The translations under genes and the position numbers were made by a program. From positions 32,001 to 96,000 of the forward strand of contig CAVVEU010000020.1 of assembly GCA_963747235.1 (NCBI GenBank): a stretch of DNA of 64,000 nt, read 5' to 3'. Positions 20,892 through 32,195 of this stretch are shown piece after piece. This DNA is from an uncultured Candidatus Rokubacteria bacterium. Lineage in GTDB: Bacteria > Methylomirabilota > Methylomirabilia > Rokubacteriales > CSP1-6. Position 1 is the first letter of the stretch. The number at the start of each line of letters is the position of its first letter. Under the pieces are notes generated by a model. That model was not told where the DNA came from. It saw only the letters and a program-made list of their open reading frames with translations, and searched no databases.

Positions 20892-22130
20892 TCACTCATA
20901 GCGAAGGACCTCGATCGGATCCATGCGCGCGGCCCGGCGGGCCGGCGACAGGGTCGCGAGGAAGGAGATCACGAGAGTAGAGCCGACGATCATGGCAAAA
21001 TCGGAGCCGGTCAGCTTCATCGGCAGGTAGCTGATCTGGTACACGTCGCCGGCCAGCCGGATGATCTTGTAGGTGTTCTGCACCCAGATCAGGAGCAGCC
21101 CGAAGGCGCTGCCCGCCACCGTGCCCCCCACCCCGATCAGCATGCCGGCCACCAGGAACACGGTGCCGATGCTCCCCGCCCCGGCCCCCATCGCCTTGAG
21201 GATGCCGATCTCCTTCCGCTTCTCCGCCACGAGCAGGACGAGGTGCCCGATGATGGCGAAGGCCGCCACCAGCACGATGATGGTGACGATCACGAACAGG
21301 GCCAGCTTCTCGAGCTGGAGCGCCGCGAACAGGTTGCGGTTCATGTCCATCCAGTCGCGGATCCAGTACGGCCCCTTGAGGCGGGCCGCGATCGTCCGCC
21401 CCACGTCCTTGGCGTCGAAGGGATTGGCCAGCTTCACCTCCACGCCCGTCACCCGGTCGCCCAGTCCCGCGAACTCCTGGGCCGCGGCCAGTGACGTGTA
21501 GGCGAGTGAGGCGTCGTACTCGTACATGCCGACCTCGACCCAGCCGGCCACCAGGAAGCGCCGCATCTTGGGGACGAGCCCGACCGCGGTCATGGCCCCC
21601 TGCGGGGAGATCACCGTGACGTGGTCACCCGGGGCGACGCCGAGGCTCCGCGCCAGCTCCCGCCCCAGGAGGAGCGCGGGCTCCGAGCCCGTGAGCACCG
21701 GCTCCATGCTGCCGAAGCGGACCTGCGAGCCGATCGCGTCGCGCACCGCCGGGGTGGCGAGATCCACGCCGCGCAGGAGCCCGCCGGTCGCGCCGCCGTT
21801 CGCCGAGGTGAAGAGCGCCTGCTGGAGCACGAAGGGCGTGGCGGAGACGACGCCCGGGACCGGGGCCACCTGCTGGGCGAGGCCGCCACCGTCCGCCACC
21901 CCGCGCCCGCCCGCTTCCATGATCAGCACGTGCGGGTTGGCCGAGATGATCTTGTCCCGGATGCCGTCCTGGAAGCCGGTCATGACCGCGAGCACCACGA
22001 TGAGCGCGCTCACGCCCAGGAAGACGCCCCCGATGCCGATCCAGACGAAGAGCGAGAGGTTGGTCCGGTGGCCGCGCGCCCGCAGGTAGCGGAGCCCGAG
22101 GAACACCTCGAAGGGCATGCGCCGTAGCAT
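20892..22130 (-). CDS. lipoprotein-releasing ABC transporter permease LolC/E
   Basis: LRYLR, VLAVMTGF, DWMDMNRNLFAALQLEK, EIGILKAMGA and DPIEVLRYE motifs. Confidence 0.9.
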   Translation of the reverse strand: MLRRMPFEVFLGLRYLRARGHRTNLSLFVWIGIGGVFLGVSALIVVLAVMTGFQDGIRDKIISANPHVLIMEAGGRGVADGGGLAQQVAPVPGVVSATPFVLQQALFTSANGGATGGLLRGVDLATPAVRDAIGSQVRFGSMEPVLTGSEPALLLGRELARSLGVAPGDHVTVISPQGAMTAVGLVPKMRRFLVAGWVEVGMYEYDASLAYTSLAAAQEFAGLGDRVTGVEVKLANPFDAKDVGRTIAARLKGPYWIRDWMDMNRNLFAALQLEKLALFVIVTIIVLVAAFAIIGHLVLLVAEKRKEIGILKAMGAGAGSIGTVFLVAGMLIGVGGTVAGSAFGLLLIWVQNTYKIIRLAGDVYQISYLPMKLTGSDFAMIVGSTLVISFLATLSPARRAARMDPIEVLRYE

Positions 22131-23695
22131 CAGGCGCCGTCCTCCTCGGCCGAGTCACTGTCCTCCGCGCCGGTCCGCTCGGGCCGGAGGTGGGGGAACA
22201 GGATCACATCCCGGATCGACGCGGCGTTGGTGAACAGCATGGCGAGCCGGTCGATGCCGATCCCTTCCCCCGCGGTGGGGGGCAGGCCGTACTCCAGCGC
22301 GCGCACGAAGTCCTCGTCCATCCAGTGCGCTTCCTCGTCGCCGCGCTCGCGCTCCTTCGCCTGCTCCTCGAAGCGGCGGCGCTGGTCGATCGGGTCGTTG
22401 AGCTCGGAGTACGCGTTGGCGATCTCCCGCCGGCAGACGTAGAGCTCGAAGCGGTCCACCAGGCGCGGCTGCCCCTGCTTCTGCTTGGAGAGCGGCGACA
22501 GCTCGATGGGGAAATCCACCACGAAGGTGGGCTGCACCAGGGTGGGCTCGACGAGCGTGTCGAAGATCTCCTTCCACAGCGCGACCGGGCCGTGCTCGCC
22601 GCGGAGCACCGTCTGGGTCTTGCGATCGGTCCCGAACCCGCCCCGGCGCGTGGCCGCCTCCCCGAGCGGGCGCGCCTCGGTCTCGGGCGTGACCGGGCTG
22701 CCGATCGCCTCGCCCAGGGCCTGGAAGAAGGGCAGCCGGCGCCACGGCGGGGCCAGGCGAATCGTCTCGCCCTGGTACGTGAGCTCGTCCCGGCCCAGCA
22801 GGGTCTGCCCGAGCTGGCCGAAGAGCTCCTCGGTGAGCTGCATCAGGTCCTGGTAGTCGGCGTAGGCCTGGTAGAACTCCAGCATCGTGAACTCGGGATT
22901 GTGCTGGGTCGACATGCCTTCGTTCCGGAAGTTGCGGTTGATCTCGTACACGCGCTCGAGGCCGCCGACCACGAGGCGCTTGAGATACAGCTCGGGGGCG
23001 ATGCGCAGGTAGAGCGGCATGTCGAGCGCGTTGTGGTGCGTGACGAACGGCTTGGCCGCGGCGCCCCCCGGGATCGGCTGCATCATGGGGGTCTCCACCT
23101 CGAGGAAGCCGCGCGCGTCGAAGAAGGCGCGCATCGCCGCGATGAGGCGGCTCTTCATCACGAAGGCTTCGCGGACCTGGGGGTTGACGATCAGGTCCAC
23201 GTAGCGGCGCCGGTAGCGCGTCTCCACGTCCTTCAAGCCATGCCACTTCTCGGGCAGCGGGCGCAGGGCCTTGGCGAGGAACTCGAACTGCTTCACCGCG
23301 ACCGTGAGCTCGCCGGTGCGGGTGCGGAAGAGCTCGCCGGTGACCCCGATGAAGTCGCCCACGTCGAGATCCACGAAGGCCGGGTAGGCGTCGCCCAGCA
23401 CGTCGGCGCGGGCGTAGAGCTGGATCTGGCCCGACTGCTCGCGGAGCACCGCGAAGCAGGTCTTGCCGTGGTGGCGCATCGCCATCACCCGGCCGGCCAG
23501 CGCGACCGCGCCCGCGCTCTGCAGCGCGGCCTCGTCGGCGTCCTTGAAGCGCGCCTGCAACGTGCCCGCCCAGTGGGTGACCGGGAAGCGCGCGCCGAAC
23601 GGGTTGACCCCGCGCGCCCGCCAGGTCTCGAGCTTCTCCCGGCGGACGCGCATCTGCTCGTTGAGGTCGGGCGGCAGTCCGGGCGGCGTGGTCAT
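22130..23695 (-). CDS. lysS: lysine--tRNA ligase (class II)
   Basis: [28 protein letters not shown] and GIGIDRL motifs. Confidence 0.97.
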   Translation of the reverse strand: MTTPPGLPPDLNEQMRVRREKLETWRARGVNPFGARFPVTHWAGTLQARFKDADEAALQSAGAVALAGRVMAMRHHGKTCFAVLREQSGQIQLYARADVLGDAYPAFVDLDVGDFIGVTGELFRTRTGELTVAVKQFEFLAKALRPLPEKWHGLKDVETRYRRRYVDLIVNPQVREAFVMKSRLIAAMRAFFDARGFLEVETPMMQPIPGGAAAKPFVTHHNALDMPLYLRIAPELYLKRLVVGGLERVYEINRNFRNEGMSTQHNPEFTMLEFYQAYADYQDLMQLTEELFGQLGQTLLGRDELTYQGETIRLAPPWRRLPFFQALGEAIGSPVTPETEARPLGEAATRRGGFGTDRKTQTVLRGEHGPVALWKEIFDTLVEPTLVQPTFVVDFPIELSPLSKQKQGQPRLVDRFELYVCRREIANAYSELNDPIDQRRRFEEQAKERERGDEEAHWMDEDFVRALEYGLPPTAGEGIGIDRLAMLFTNAASIRDVILFPHLRPERTGAEDSDSAEEDGA

Positions 23696-23705
23696 GCGCG
23701 CGCGA

Positions 23706-24813
23706 TCACGCCGAGGGCGCGGGCCGGGCCATCGTCAGATAGGCGCGGATGAAGGGGTCGAGCCCGCCGTCCATCACCGCTTCCACGTTGCCCACCTCGA
23801 TCCCGGTCCGGTGATCCTTGATGATCTGGTAGGGCGCGAAGGTGTAGGTGCGGATCTGGCTGCCGAAGGCGATGTCCTTCTTCTCCCCGGTCAGGTCGGC
23901 CAGCTCCTGCTTCTGCTTCTGCTCGTAGATCTGGAAGAGGCGCGACTTGAGGATGCGCATGGCGGTGTCGCGGTTGCGGAGCTGCGAGCGCTCGTTCTGG
24001 CAGGCCACCACGAGGCCGCTCGGCAGATGGGTGATGCGCACCGCGGAGTCCGCCGTGTTGACCCCCTGCCCGCCCGGCCCCGAGGAGCGGTAGACGTCCA
24101 CCCGGAGATCCTCGTCGCGGACGACCACCTCCACGTCCTCGACCTCCGGGATGACCGCGACGGAGGCGAAGGAGGTGTGCCGGCGCCGGGAAGCGTCGAA
24201 GGGCGAGATGCGGATCAGGCGGTGCACGCCGGCCTCGCCCTTGAGATGCCCGTAGGCGTAGTCCCCGCTCATCTCGATGGTGGCCGACTTGATGCCCGCT
24301 TCCTCGCCCGCGAGCAGGTCCACCACCTCGGCCTTGAAGCCGGCGCGCTCCGCCCAGCGCAGGTACATGCGCATGAGCATCTGGGCCCAGTCCTGCGACT
24401 CGGTGCCGCCCGCTCCCGGGTGGATGGACATGATCGCGTTCTTCTTGTCCTGCGGCCGCGAGAGGATGATCTTCAGCTCGAAGGCTTCGACCTCTTCCCC
24501 GATCTGCTTGAGACTCTGCTGGATCTCCGCGGTCACGCTCTCGTCGCCGGCCTCGGTGGCCATCTCCCAGAGCAGGCGCGTCTCTTCCGCGCGGCCCGCG
24601 AGATCCTTGAAGGTGGTGACGGTGCGCGCCAGCTCGGCGCGCTCCTGCACGAGGGCCTGCGCCTTGCGGGTGTCCTCCCAGAAGCTGGGCGAGGACATCT
24701 CGGCGTCGATCAGGCCGAGGCGGGTTTCCTTGGTGGGGAGGTCAAAGATGCCCTCGGAGATCGTCGAGCCGCTTGTCCAGCTCGGCCACGTCACGCTTGA
24801 GCTCTCCTAGCAT
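23706..24813 (-). CDS. prfB: peptide chain release factor 2 (programmed +1 frameshift)
   Basis: First frame [23 protein letters not shown] ends CTT TGA; second frame has the SPF specificity motif and GGQ. Confidence 0.95.
24741..24756 (-). other. prfB programmed frameshift site
   Basis: Minus strand CGAGGG-CAT-CTT-TGA-C: internal SD-like sequence followed by the canonical CUU UGA C slippery stop. Confidence 0.9.
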
Positions 24814-26351
24814 GACGCGGGTGACCTCCGGCAGAAGGCGAGGGCGACACCGGCCGCCCCCAGACCGGCGCAGGCATACACGAGCCAGTCGCCGAATCGA
24901 GTGTAGAGCGTGGTGCGATCGCGCAGCGGGATGCGGCGGTGGAGGACGCCGCGCTCGAGCAGCGGCAGCATCGGGCCGATCCGCCCGCTGGGCTCCACGA
25001 ACGCCGAGACGCCGGTATTGGCGGCGCGCGCGATCGCCACGCGGTGCTCGACGGCGCGGAGCGGTAGCATCCCCAGGTGCTGCCAGGGGCCGCTCGTCTC
25101 CCCGAACCACGCGTCGTTGGTGATGTTGGCCATGAACGCCGCTCCGCGGACCACGAATCCCCGGAACAGCTCGGGGAAGATGACCTCGTAGCAGATCACG
25201 GTTCCGAACGGTGCGCCCGGCAACGGGAAGACGGTCTCGGTGTCACCGGTGCCGAATTCCGAGATGAACTCCGCCCAGCCCTTGACGAAGCTGAGCAGAC
25301 TCGCGAGCGGGACGTACTCCCCGAACGGAACCAGGTGAATCTTATCATACTTGGCCGTAATCCCTTGTCCGGTCAGCAGAAATGCGCTGTTCAGGAACTG
25401 CTCCCGGGGCCGATCCCGGCGGTCGATCGAGCCCACCAGGATCGGCGTGCCGACCTCTTCCGACAGCCGGCGGAGCCGCTCGAGCAGGACCGGGTCGCCG
25501 CGCAGGAAGATGGTTGTCGCGGTCTCCGGCCACAGCACGACCGCGGGTCGCGCGCGCGCGGCCTCGCGCGTGAGCTGCTCGTAGATGTCCATGATCTGCG
25601 CGTGGCGGGCCGGATCCCACTTGATCGTCTGCTCGATGGCCGGCTGGATCACCGCGACCTCGACCGAGCCGGCGCCGCCCGCGCTCGCCCGCCCGATGGC
25701 GTGGAGGCCGAAGGCGAGCGTGGCCACGAGCAGGACCATCGCCGCCGCCGCGCCGGGCCAGGCGCGCCGGGGGCCGAGCGCGAGGAGGCCGGCGAGTGCC
25801 GCGTTCACCGCGACGATCAGGAAGGACACCGCGTAGACGCCGCCCAGCTCGGCGATCTGGATCACCGGGAGCTGCGCCGCCTGCGAGTAGCCGAGCAGGC
25901 CCCAGGGGAAGCCGCCCATGAGCCAGCCGCGCAGCCATTCGCCCACCACCCAGAGGGCGGGCGCCAGCGCCAGCGCCGGGCCCGCGCCGAGCCGGCCCCG
26001 GAGCCAGGCCACCGCGCCCGCGACTGCTCCCAGGTAGAGGCCGCAGTACGCGGCGAGCGCCACGATCGGCAGCCACGTCAGCGGCCAGGGGATCGCGCTG
26101 TAGTGGAGGAACGTGTGGTCGAGCCATCTCAGGAGCAGCACGTAGAACACGGTACCGGAGAGCCAGCCGTCGAGCAGGGCGGCGCGGCCCGACCGCGTCG
26201 ATCCGGAGACCAGCGCGGGGACGAGCCAGATCCACGCCAGCGCCGCCCAGCTCGTCTTCGGGAACGCGAGCGCGCCGAGGATGCCGGCGGCCACGAGGAC
26301 GAGGATGCGCGCGGCGGTCGCGCCCCGGCTCGCGCCCGGCTCAGCTCCCAT
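24807..26351 (-). CDS. lnt: apolipoprotein N-acyltransferase
   Basis: GFPWGLLGYSQ, WPETA, YDKIHLVPFGEYVP, ICYE, NDAWFG and ANTGVS motifs. Confidence 0.95.
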   Translation of the reverse strand: MGAEPGASRGATAARILVLVAAGILGALAFPKTSWAALAWIWLVPALVSGSTRSGRAALLDGWLSGTVFYVLLLRWLDHTFLHYSAIPWPLTWLPIVALAAYCGLYLGAVAGAVAWLRGRLGAGPALALAPALWVVGEWLRGWLMGGFPWGLLGYSQAAQLPVIQIAELGGVYAVSFLIVAVNAALAGLLALGPRRAWPGAAAAMVLLVATLAFGLHAIGRASAGGAGSVEVAVIQPAIEQTIKWDPARHAQIMDIYEQLTREAARARPAVVLWPETATTIFLRGDPVLLERLRRLSEEVGTPILVGSIDRRDRPREQFLNSAFLLTGQGITAKYDKIHLVPFGEYVPLASLLSFVKGWAEFISEFGTGDTETVFPLPGAPFGTVICYEVIFPELFRGFVVRGAAFMANITNDAWFGETSGPWQHLGMLPLRAVEHRVAIARAANTGVSAFVEPSGRIGPMLPLLERGVLHRRIPLRDRTTLYTRFGDWLVYACAGLGAAGVALAFCRRSPASC

Positions 26352-27081
26352 TCGCGAGCCGATCGGCCAGGGCGCGCGGCAGGCCCGCGGCGAGGATCTT
26401 GGCGGCCGCCGCCCGGTGGTCGTAGGCGACGCGGCGGATCGTCACCGAGCGGGCCTCGCGGTCCCAGATCGCGTAGCAGGCGCGCGAGTCGCGGTCGCGC
26501 GGCTGGCCGACGCTGCCCACGTTGACGAGGTACCGGCGGCCGTCGTCGAGCCGCACGTGGGCCTCCGGCCGGTCGAGTCGGTCGCGGTGATCCGGTCCCC
26601 CGCTGCCCACCGACCAGACGCCCGGCAGGTGCGAGTGGCCGATGAAGCAGAGCCGCGTGCCGAAGTCGCCGAACACCTGCAGGCCGTCCTCCTCGGATAC
26701 GAGATAGTCCCACTCCTCCGGGCTGCGCGGGCTCGCGTGCACGAGGGTGGCGTCCTCCATCGTGCGCATCAGGGGCAGATCGGTCAGGAAGCCGCGATGG
26801 CCGTCGTCGAGCTGCTCGCCCGTCCACTCGGCGGACGTCCGCGCCCACGGGTTGAACCAGCGCAGGTCGAGCAGCCCGAGCGCGCCGTGCTCGTGGTTGC
26901 CCGCCACCATCGCGCTTGCCCGCTCGCCCACCGTCTCCACGCACGCCACCGGGTCGGCGCCGTAGCCGACCAGGTCGCCCAGGCAGAGCACCTCGAGCGC
27001 GCCTTCGCCGGCGGCGTCGGCGAGCACGGCGGTGAGGGCTTCGAGATTGGCGTGGACGTCCGAGATGACCGCGTAGCGGAT
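26341..27081 (-). CDS. calcineurin-like metallophosphoesterase (first codon reads ATC)
   Basis: (I)RYAVISDVHAN, LGDLVGYG, GNHE, GHSH and NVGSVGQPRD motifs; the first metal motif lies upstream of the ORF-track start at 27027. Confidence 0.85.
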   Translation of the reverse strand: MRYAVISDVHANLEALTAVLADAAGEGALEVLCLGDLVGYGADPVACVETVGERASAMVAGNHEHGALGLLDLRWFNPWARTSAEWTGEQLDDGHRGFLTDLPLMRTMEDATLVHASPRSPEEWDYLVSEEDGLQVFGDFGTRLCFIGHSHLPGVWSVGSGGPDHRDRLDRPEAHVRLDDGRRYLVNVGSVGQPRDRDSRACYAIWDREARSVTIRRVAYDHRAAAAKILAAGLPRALADRLANGS

Positions 27082-27094
27082 GGCGGCCGGCCCG

Positions 27095-27514
27095 TCAGGA
27101 GGTGGGGGCTTGTTCTTTGTGGATGCGGTCGAGGATCCCGTTGATGAAGCGGCTGGACTCGTGGGTGCTGAACTTCTTCGCGACCTCGAGCGCCTCGTTG
27201 ATGGCGACCTTGGGGGGCACGGCGGCGCCCGCCCACCGCAGCTCGAAGATCGCCTGGCGGAGGATGTTGCGATCTACCACCGCCATGCGCTCGAGCTCCC
27301 AGTTCTCCGCGTAGCGCTCGATCAGCTCGTCGATCTCGGCCTCGTGCTTCTTGGTTCCGCGCACGAGCGTCTCCGCGAATTCCCGCGCCTCGGGATCCAC
27401 CGGATGGCGCACCCAGAAGTCGTCGAAGTGCGGCTCGGGCTGCCCCTCGCCCTGGACGTCCATCTGGTAGAGGAGCTGCAGCGACAGCTCCCGCGCCTTG
27501 CGGCGGCGGCCCAT
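27095..27514 (-). CDS. nusB: transcription antitermination factor NusB
   Basis: RRKARELSLQLLYQ, VDRNILR, INEALEVAKKF and FINGILD motifs. Confidence 0.95.
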   Translation of the reverse strand: MGRRRKARELSLQLLYQMDVQGEGQPEPHFDDFWVRHPVDPEAREFAETLVRGTKKHEAEIDELIERYAENWELERMAVVDRNILRQAIFELRWAGAAVPPKVAINEALEVAKKFSTHESSRFINGILDRIHKEQAPTS

Positions 27515-28008
27515 CAGCGCCCGCCCTTCCGGCCCCGGATCGAGCGCAGCCAGCCCGCCATCTCGAGCGCGGCCAGCGCGGCCTCCTCGCCCCGGTTGCC
27601 CACGACACCGCCCGCCCGCTCCCACGCCTGCTCCTCGGTGAGCGCGGTGATCACGCCGAAGGTCACCGGCACCCCGGTGTCGAGCCCGACGCGGCTGATG
27701 CCGTGCGCGGCCACGCCGCACACGTAGTCGAAGTGCGGGGTCGCGCCCTTGATCACCGTGCCCACGCACACCACGCCCGCGAAGCGGCGGGTGCGCGCGA
27801 GGGCCTGGGCGGCCTGCGGCAGCTCGAAGGAGCCCGGCACCCAGTGCACCTCCGCCGCGTCGCCGCTGACCCCGTGCTTGGCCAGGGCGGCGAGGGCGCC
27901 GTCGAGCAGCTTCTTGGAGATGGACTCGTTGAAGCGGGCCACCACGACCGCGAACCGCTGGCCGCGGGCGGCGGGCGTGACGCGGCGCTTGGGAGCGATA
28001 CCGGCCAT
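27514..28008 (-). CDS. ribH: 6,7-dimethyl-8-ribityllumazine synthase
   Basis: VVARFN, VPGSFELP, IKGATPHFDYV and PVTFGV motifs. Confidence 0.95.
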   Translation of the reverse strand: MAGIAPKRRVTPAARGQRFAVVVARFNESISKKLLDGALAALAKHGVSGDAAEVHWVPGSFELPQAAQALARTRRFAGVVCVGTVIKGATPHFDYVCGVAAHGISRVGLDTGVPVTFGVITALTEEQAWERAGGVVGNRGEEAALAALEMAGWLRSIRGRKGGR

Positions 28009-28011
28009 CGG

Positions 28012-29228
<1,217 letters not shown>

Positions 29229-29229
<1 letters not shown>

Positions 29230-29903
29230 TATCGGGACCCCTCCTCCGTATCCGCTCGCCTCGGACCTCGTATCCGCTCGGCTCGCCTTCGGCTCACCTC
29301 GCCCTGCCGTGGCTGCGGCTCGGCCTCCAGCTGCAGAATTCGCTGCACGTACTTGCCGATCATATCCATCTCGAGGTTCACGCGCTGCCCCTTCCTCAAG
29401 GCCCCCAGGGTGGTCGCGGCCAGCGTGTGCGGGATGATCATGATCTCGAAATCCCGCTCGTTGAGCCGCGCCACCGTGAGGCTGACGCCGTCCACCGCCA
29501 CCGATCCCTGCGGGATCAGCAGCGGGGCCAGCGCCTCGTCCCGCCATTCTATCGTGAGCCGGGCGGTCTCTGCCTGTCGGGTCAGGGCCACCACGTGGCC
29601 CACGCCGTCCACGTGCCCCTGGACCAGGTGGCCGCCCACCAGGCCGCCCAGGCGCATGGGCCGCTCGAGGTTGACGGTGTCCCCGGCCGCGAGATCGCCC
29701 AGCGCGGTGCGCGCGAGCGTCTCCGGGCCCATGTCGAATCGCAGGCGTCCCGGACCGCGCTCGACCACCGTGAGGCAGGCCCCGTTGATCGCCACGCTGG
29801 CGCCCAGGTCGCTGTCCTCGAGCACGCGGTCGGCGCTCACCACGAGGCGCGCGCCGTCGCGCTCGAGGACGCGTCCCGTCTCTTCGATCAGGCCTGTGAA
29901 CAT
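29229..29903 (-). CDS. ribE: riboflavin synthase (alpha chain)
   Basis: [24 protein letters not shown] and GVSLTV motifs. Confidence 0.95.
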
Positions 29904-29911
29904 GTTGTGTG

Positions 29912-29959
29912 GTGTGGTCAGCCGTTCGTGTGGTCAGCCGTTCGTGTGGTCAGCCGTTC
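29912..29959. repeat. perfect tandem repeat (GTGTGGTCAGCCGTTC)x3
   Basis: Three exact 16-bp units at 29912-27, 29928-43 and 29944-59, 8 nt from the ribE start codon. Confidence 0.9.
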
Positions 29960-29961
29960 AA

Positions 29962-30031
29962 GTCTTCAAGCTCTGTCTAATGCGGGGGCCCAGAAATGGC
30001 CCCCGCACTCCCCCAGGTCCGCGGACGACCG
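29962..30031 (+). repeat. dispersed REP-like palindromic element, copy B
   Basis: ...aagctctgtctaATGCGGGGGCC-cagaaat-GGCCCCCGCActcccccaggtccgcggacgaccg; matches the reverse complement of 3505-3575. Confidence 0.75.
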
Positions 30032-30098
30032 GTGTGGAGCCGCGGACAATCGGCGAGTTCGTGTTCGCGGTTCCGCAGGGTGCGGATGCTCGTGGGAG

Positions 30099-31196
30099 TC
30101 AGTCATGGATGATGTCGGCTTCGAGCAGCCAGTCGGTGCCGACCGGGCGGGTGGTCATGTTGGTCAGGTGGAGCGCGGTGGGGAGGGTGAGGCCGGGGCC
30201 GCCGATCGGCGTGGGCGCTTCGGCGCCTCCCAGGAGCGTGGGGGCCACGAAGGCGGCGACGCGATCCACCAGGCCGGCCTGGACGAAGGCGCCGGTCAGC
30301 TCGCCGCCCGCTTCGAGGAGCACCGCGGTCACGTCGAGGGCGAAGAGGCGCGCGGCGAGATCGGCCACGTCCACCCGGCCCTCCCGTGACTTGCACGCCA
30401 GCACGGTCACGCCCGCCGACTCGAGCGCGGCGAGCCGCTGCGGCGGCGCCGCCTCTCCGACCGCCACCAGGACGCGCGACCGGCTGCCGGTCTGGAGCAG
30501 CTTCGCGTCGAGCGGCAGGCGCGCGCGGCTGTCCACCACCACGCGGTACGGCTCCCGCGGCCACGGGTCGAGCAGGCGCACGGTCAGCGCGGGATCGTCG
30601 GCGAGCACGGTGCCGATGCCGGTCACGATCGCGTCGCTCTGGCTGCGGAGGCGATGGCCTTCCAGGCGCGCCGCCTCGCCGGTGATCCACTGCGAGTGGC
30701 GGTCGAAGGCCGCGATCTTCCCGTCGAGTGTCATGGCCCACTTGACGGTGACGTGGGGGCGCTGCCGCTCGACGGCGGTGAAGAACGTCCGGTTGAGCGC
30801 GCGTGCGTCCCGCTCGAGGCAGGGTGTCGTGACCTCGATGCCCGCGGCGACGAGGGCGGCGGCTCCCCCGCCCTGCACCCGCGGGTTGGAATCCCGCGTG
30901 GCCGACACGACCCGCCGGATCCCGGCGCGCATGATCGCCTCCACGCAGGGTGGCGTCCGCCCCACGTGGTTGCACGGCTCGAGCGTCACGTAGAGGGTGG
31001 CGCCCCGCGCCCGTGGGCCCGCCTCGGCCAGTGCGGCCGCCTCCGCGTGAGCCGCGCCCGCCCGCTCGTGGAAGCGCTCGGCCAGGAGGGTCCCATCCCG
31101 TACCACGATCGCGCCCACCATGGGGTTGGGTGACGTGAGGCCGCGCCCCCGCGCCGCCAGGGTGAGGGCCCGCGTCATCCACTCGAGATCGGTCAT
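30099..31196 (-). CDS. ribD: riboflavin biosynthesis deaminase/reductase RibD
   Basis: PNPMVGA, HAE, TLEPCNH..TPPC, AMTLDGK and GTVLADDP motifs. Confidence 0.95.
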   Translation of the reverse strand: MTDLEWMTRALTLAARGRGLTSPNPMVGAIVVRDGTLLAERFHERAGAAHAEAAALAEAGPRARGATLYVTLEPCNHVGRTPPCVEAIMRAGIRRVVSATRDSNPRVQGGGAAALVAAGIEVTTPCLERDARALNRTFFTAVERQRPHVTVKWAMTLDGKIAAFDRHSQWITGEAARLEGHRLRSQSDAIVTGIGTVLADDPALTVRLLDPWPREPYRVVVDSRARLPLDAKLLQTGSRSRVLVAVGEAAPPQRLAALESAGVTVLACKSREGRVDVADLAARLFALDVTAVLLEAGGELTGAFVQAGLVDRVAAFVAPTLLGGAEAPTPIGGPGLTLPTALHLTNMTTRPVGTDWLLEADIIHD

Positions 31197-31235
31197 GGCG
31201 TCGTCCGGGTGCCGCCTGCCACCCGGGCAGGCATT

Positions 31236-32195
31236 TTACCCCGCTTGCTGCGGCTCCGACTGCTCGACCTGCTGTTCACCAAGGACGGCGTCCACGAAGG
31301 TCTTCGGGTCGAAGACCTGGAGATCCTCGATCTGCTCGCCGACCCCGACCAGCTTGATCGGCACCCCGAGCTCCTGGTGGATGCGGATCGCGATGCCGCC
31401 CTTGGCGGTGCCGTCGAGCTTGGTGAGCACGAGGCCGGTGAGCCCGACCGCCTCGTGGAACATGCGCGCCTGCTGGAGCCCGTTCTGGCCGGTGGGCGCT
31501 TCCAGCACCATCAGCGACTCGTGGGGGGCGCCGGGCATCTGGCGGCCCAACACGCGCTTGAGCTTGCCGAGCTCGTCCATGAGGTTGGACTTGGTGTGCA
31601 GGCGCCCGGCGGTGTCCACCAGCAGCACGTCCACGTCGCGCGAGGTGGCCGCCTTCACCGCGTCGAACACCACCGCGGCCGGGTCGGCGCCCGCGACCTG
31701 GTGGATGACGTCCACGTCGATCCGGCGGCCCCACTCCTGGAGCTGCTCGATCGCGGCGGCGCGGAACGTGTCGGCGGCGGCCATCAGCACGCGCTTGCCG
31801 TCGGCCTTGAGCGAGGCGGCCATCTTCGCGGTGCTGGTGGTCTTGCCCGCCCCGTTGACGCCCAGCATGAGGATGACGGTGGGATGCGCGTCCAGGATCA
31901 GCGGGGCGGCCGCGCCCGCGAGGGCCTCCTCGAGGAAGCGATGCAGCGACGCGCGCACGTCCTGGGTGGTCACCACGCGGCCCCGCTTGATCTCGTCCCG
32001 GACGCGCTTGACGAAGGCGCCCGCCGCGGCCGCGCCCAGGTCCGCCGCGATCAGGGTCTCCTCGAGCTCTTCCAGCATCGCCTCGTCGACCGGACGGGCG
32101 ATGGCGAGGATGGCGCCCAGCCCCTCGTCCATCAGCTCGCGGGTGCGCCGCAGTCCCTGCCGGACGCGCTCCCCGAGGGAGCCGAACAGGCTCAC
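31236..32195 (-). CDS. ftsY: signal recognition particle receptor FtsY
   Basis: GVNGAGKTT, DTFRAAAIEQL, DTAGRL and TKLDGTAKGG motifs; the ORF track fuses it to the upstream gene through a frameshift. Confidence 0.95.
   Translation of the reverse strand: MSLFGSLGERVRQGLRRTRELMDEGLGAILAIARPVDEAMLEELEETLIAADLGAAAAGAFVKRVRDEIKRGRVVTTQDVRASLHRFLEEALAGAAAPLILDAHPTVILMLGVNGAGKTTSTAKMAASLKADGKRVLMAAADTFRAAAIEQLQEWGRRIDVDVIHQVAGADPAAVVFDAVKAATSRDVDVLLVDTAGRLHTKSNLMDELGKLKRVLGRQMPGAPHESLMVLEAPTGQNGLQQARMFHEAVGLTGLVLTKLDGTAKGGIAIRIHQELGVPIKLVGVGEQIEDLQVFDPKTFVDAVLGEQQVEQSEPQQAG

Noticed and set aside
31197-31235. FMN riboswitch upstream of the rib operon
   Set aside because: The gap before ribD is only about 40 nt, and no RFN motif is recognisable there or in the ribD-ribE spacer.
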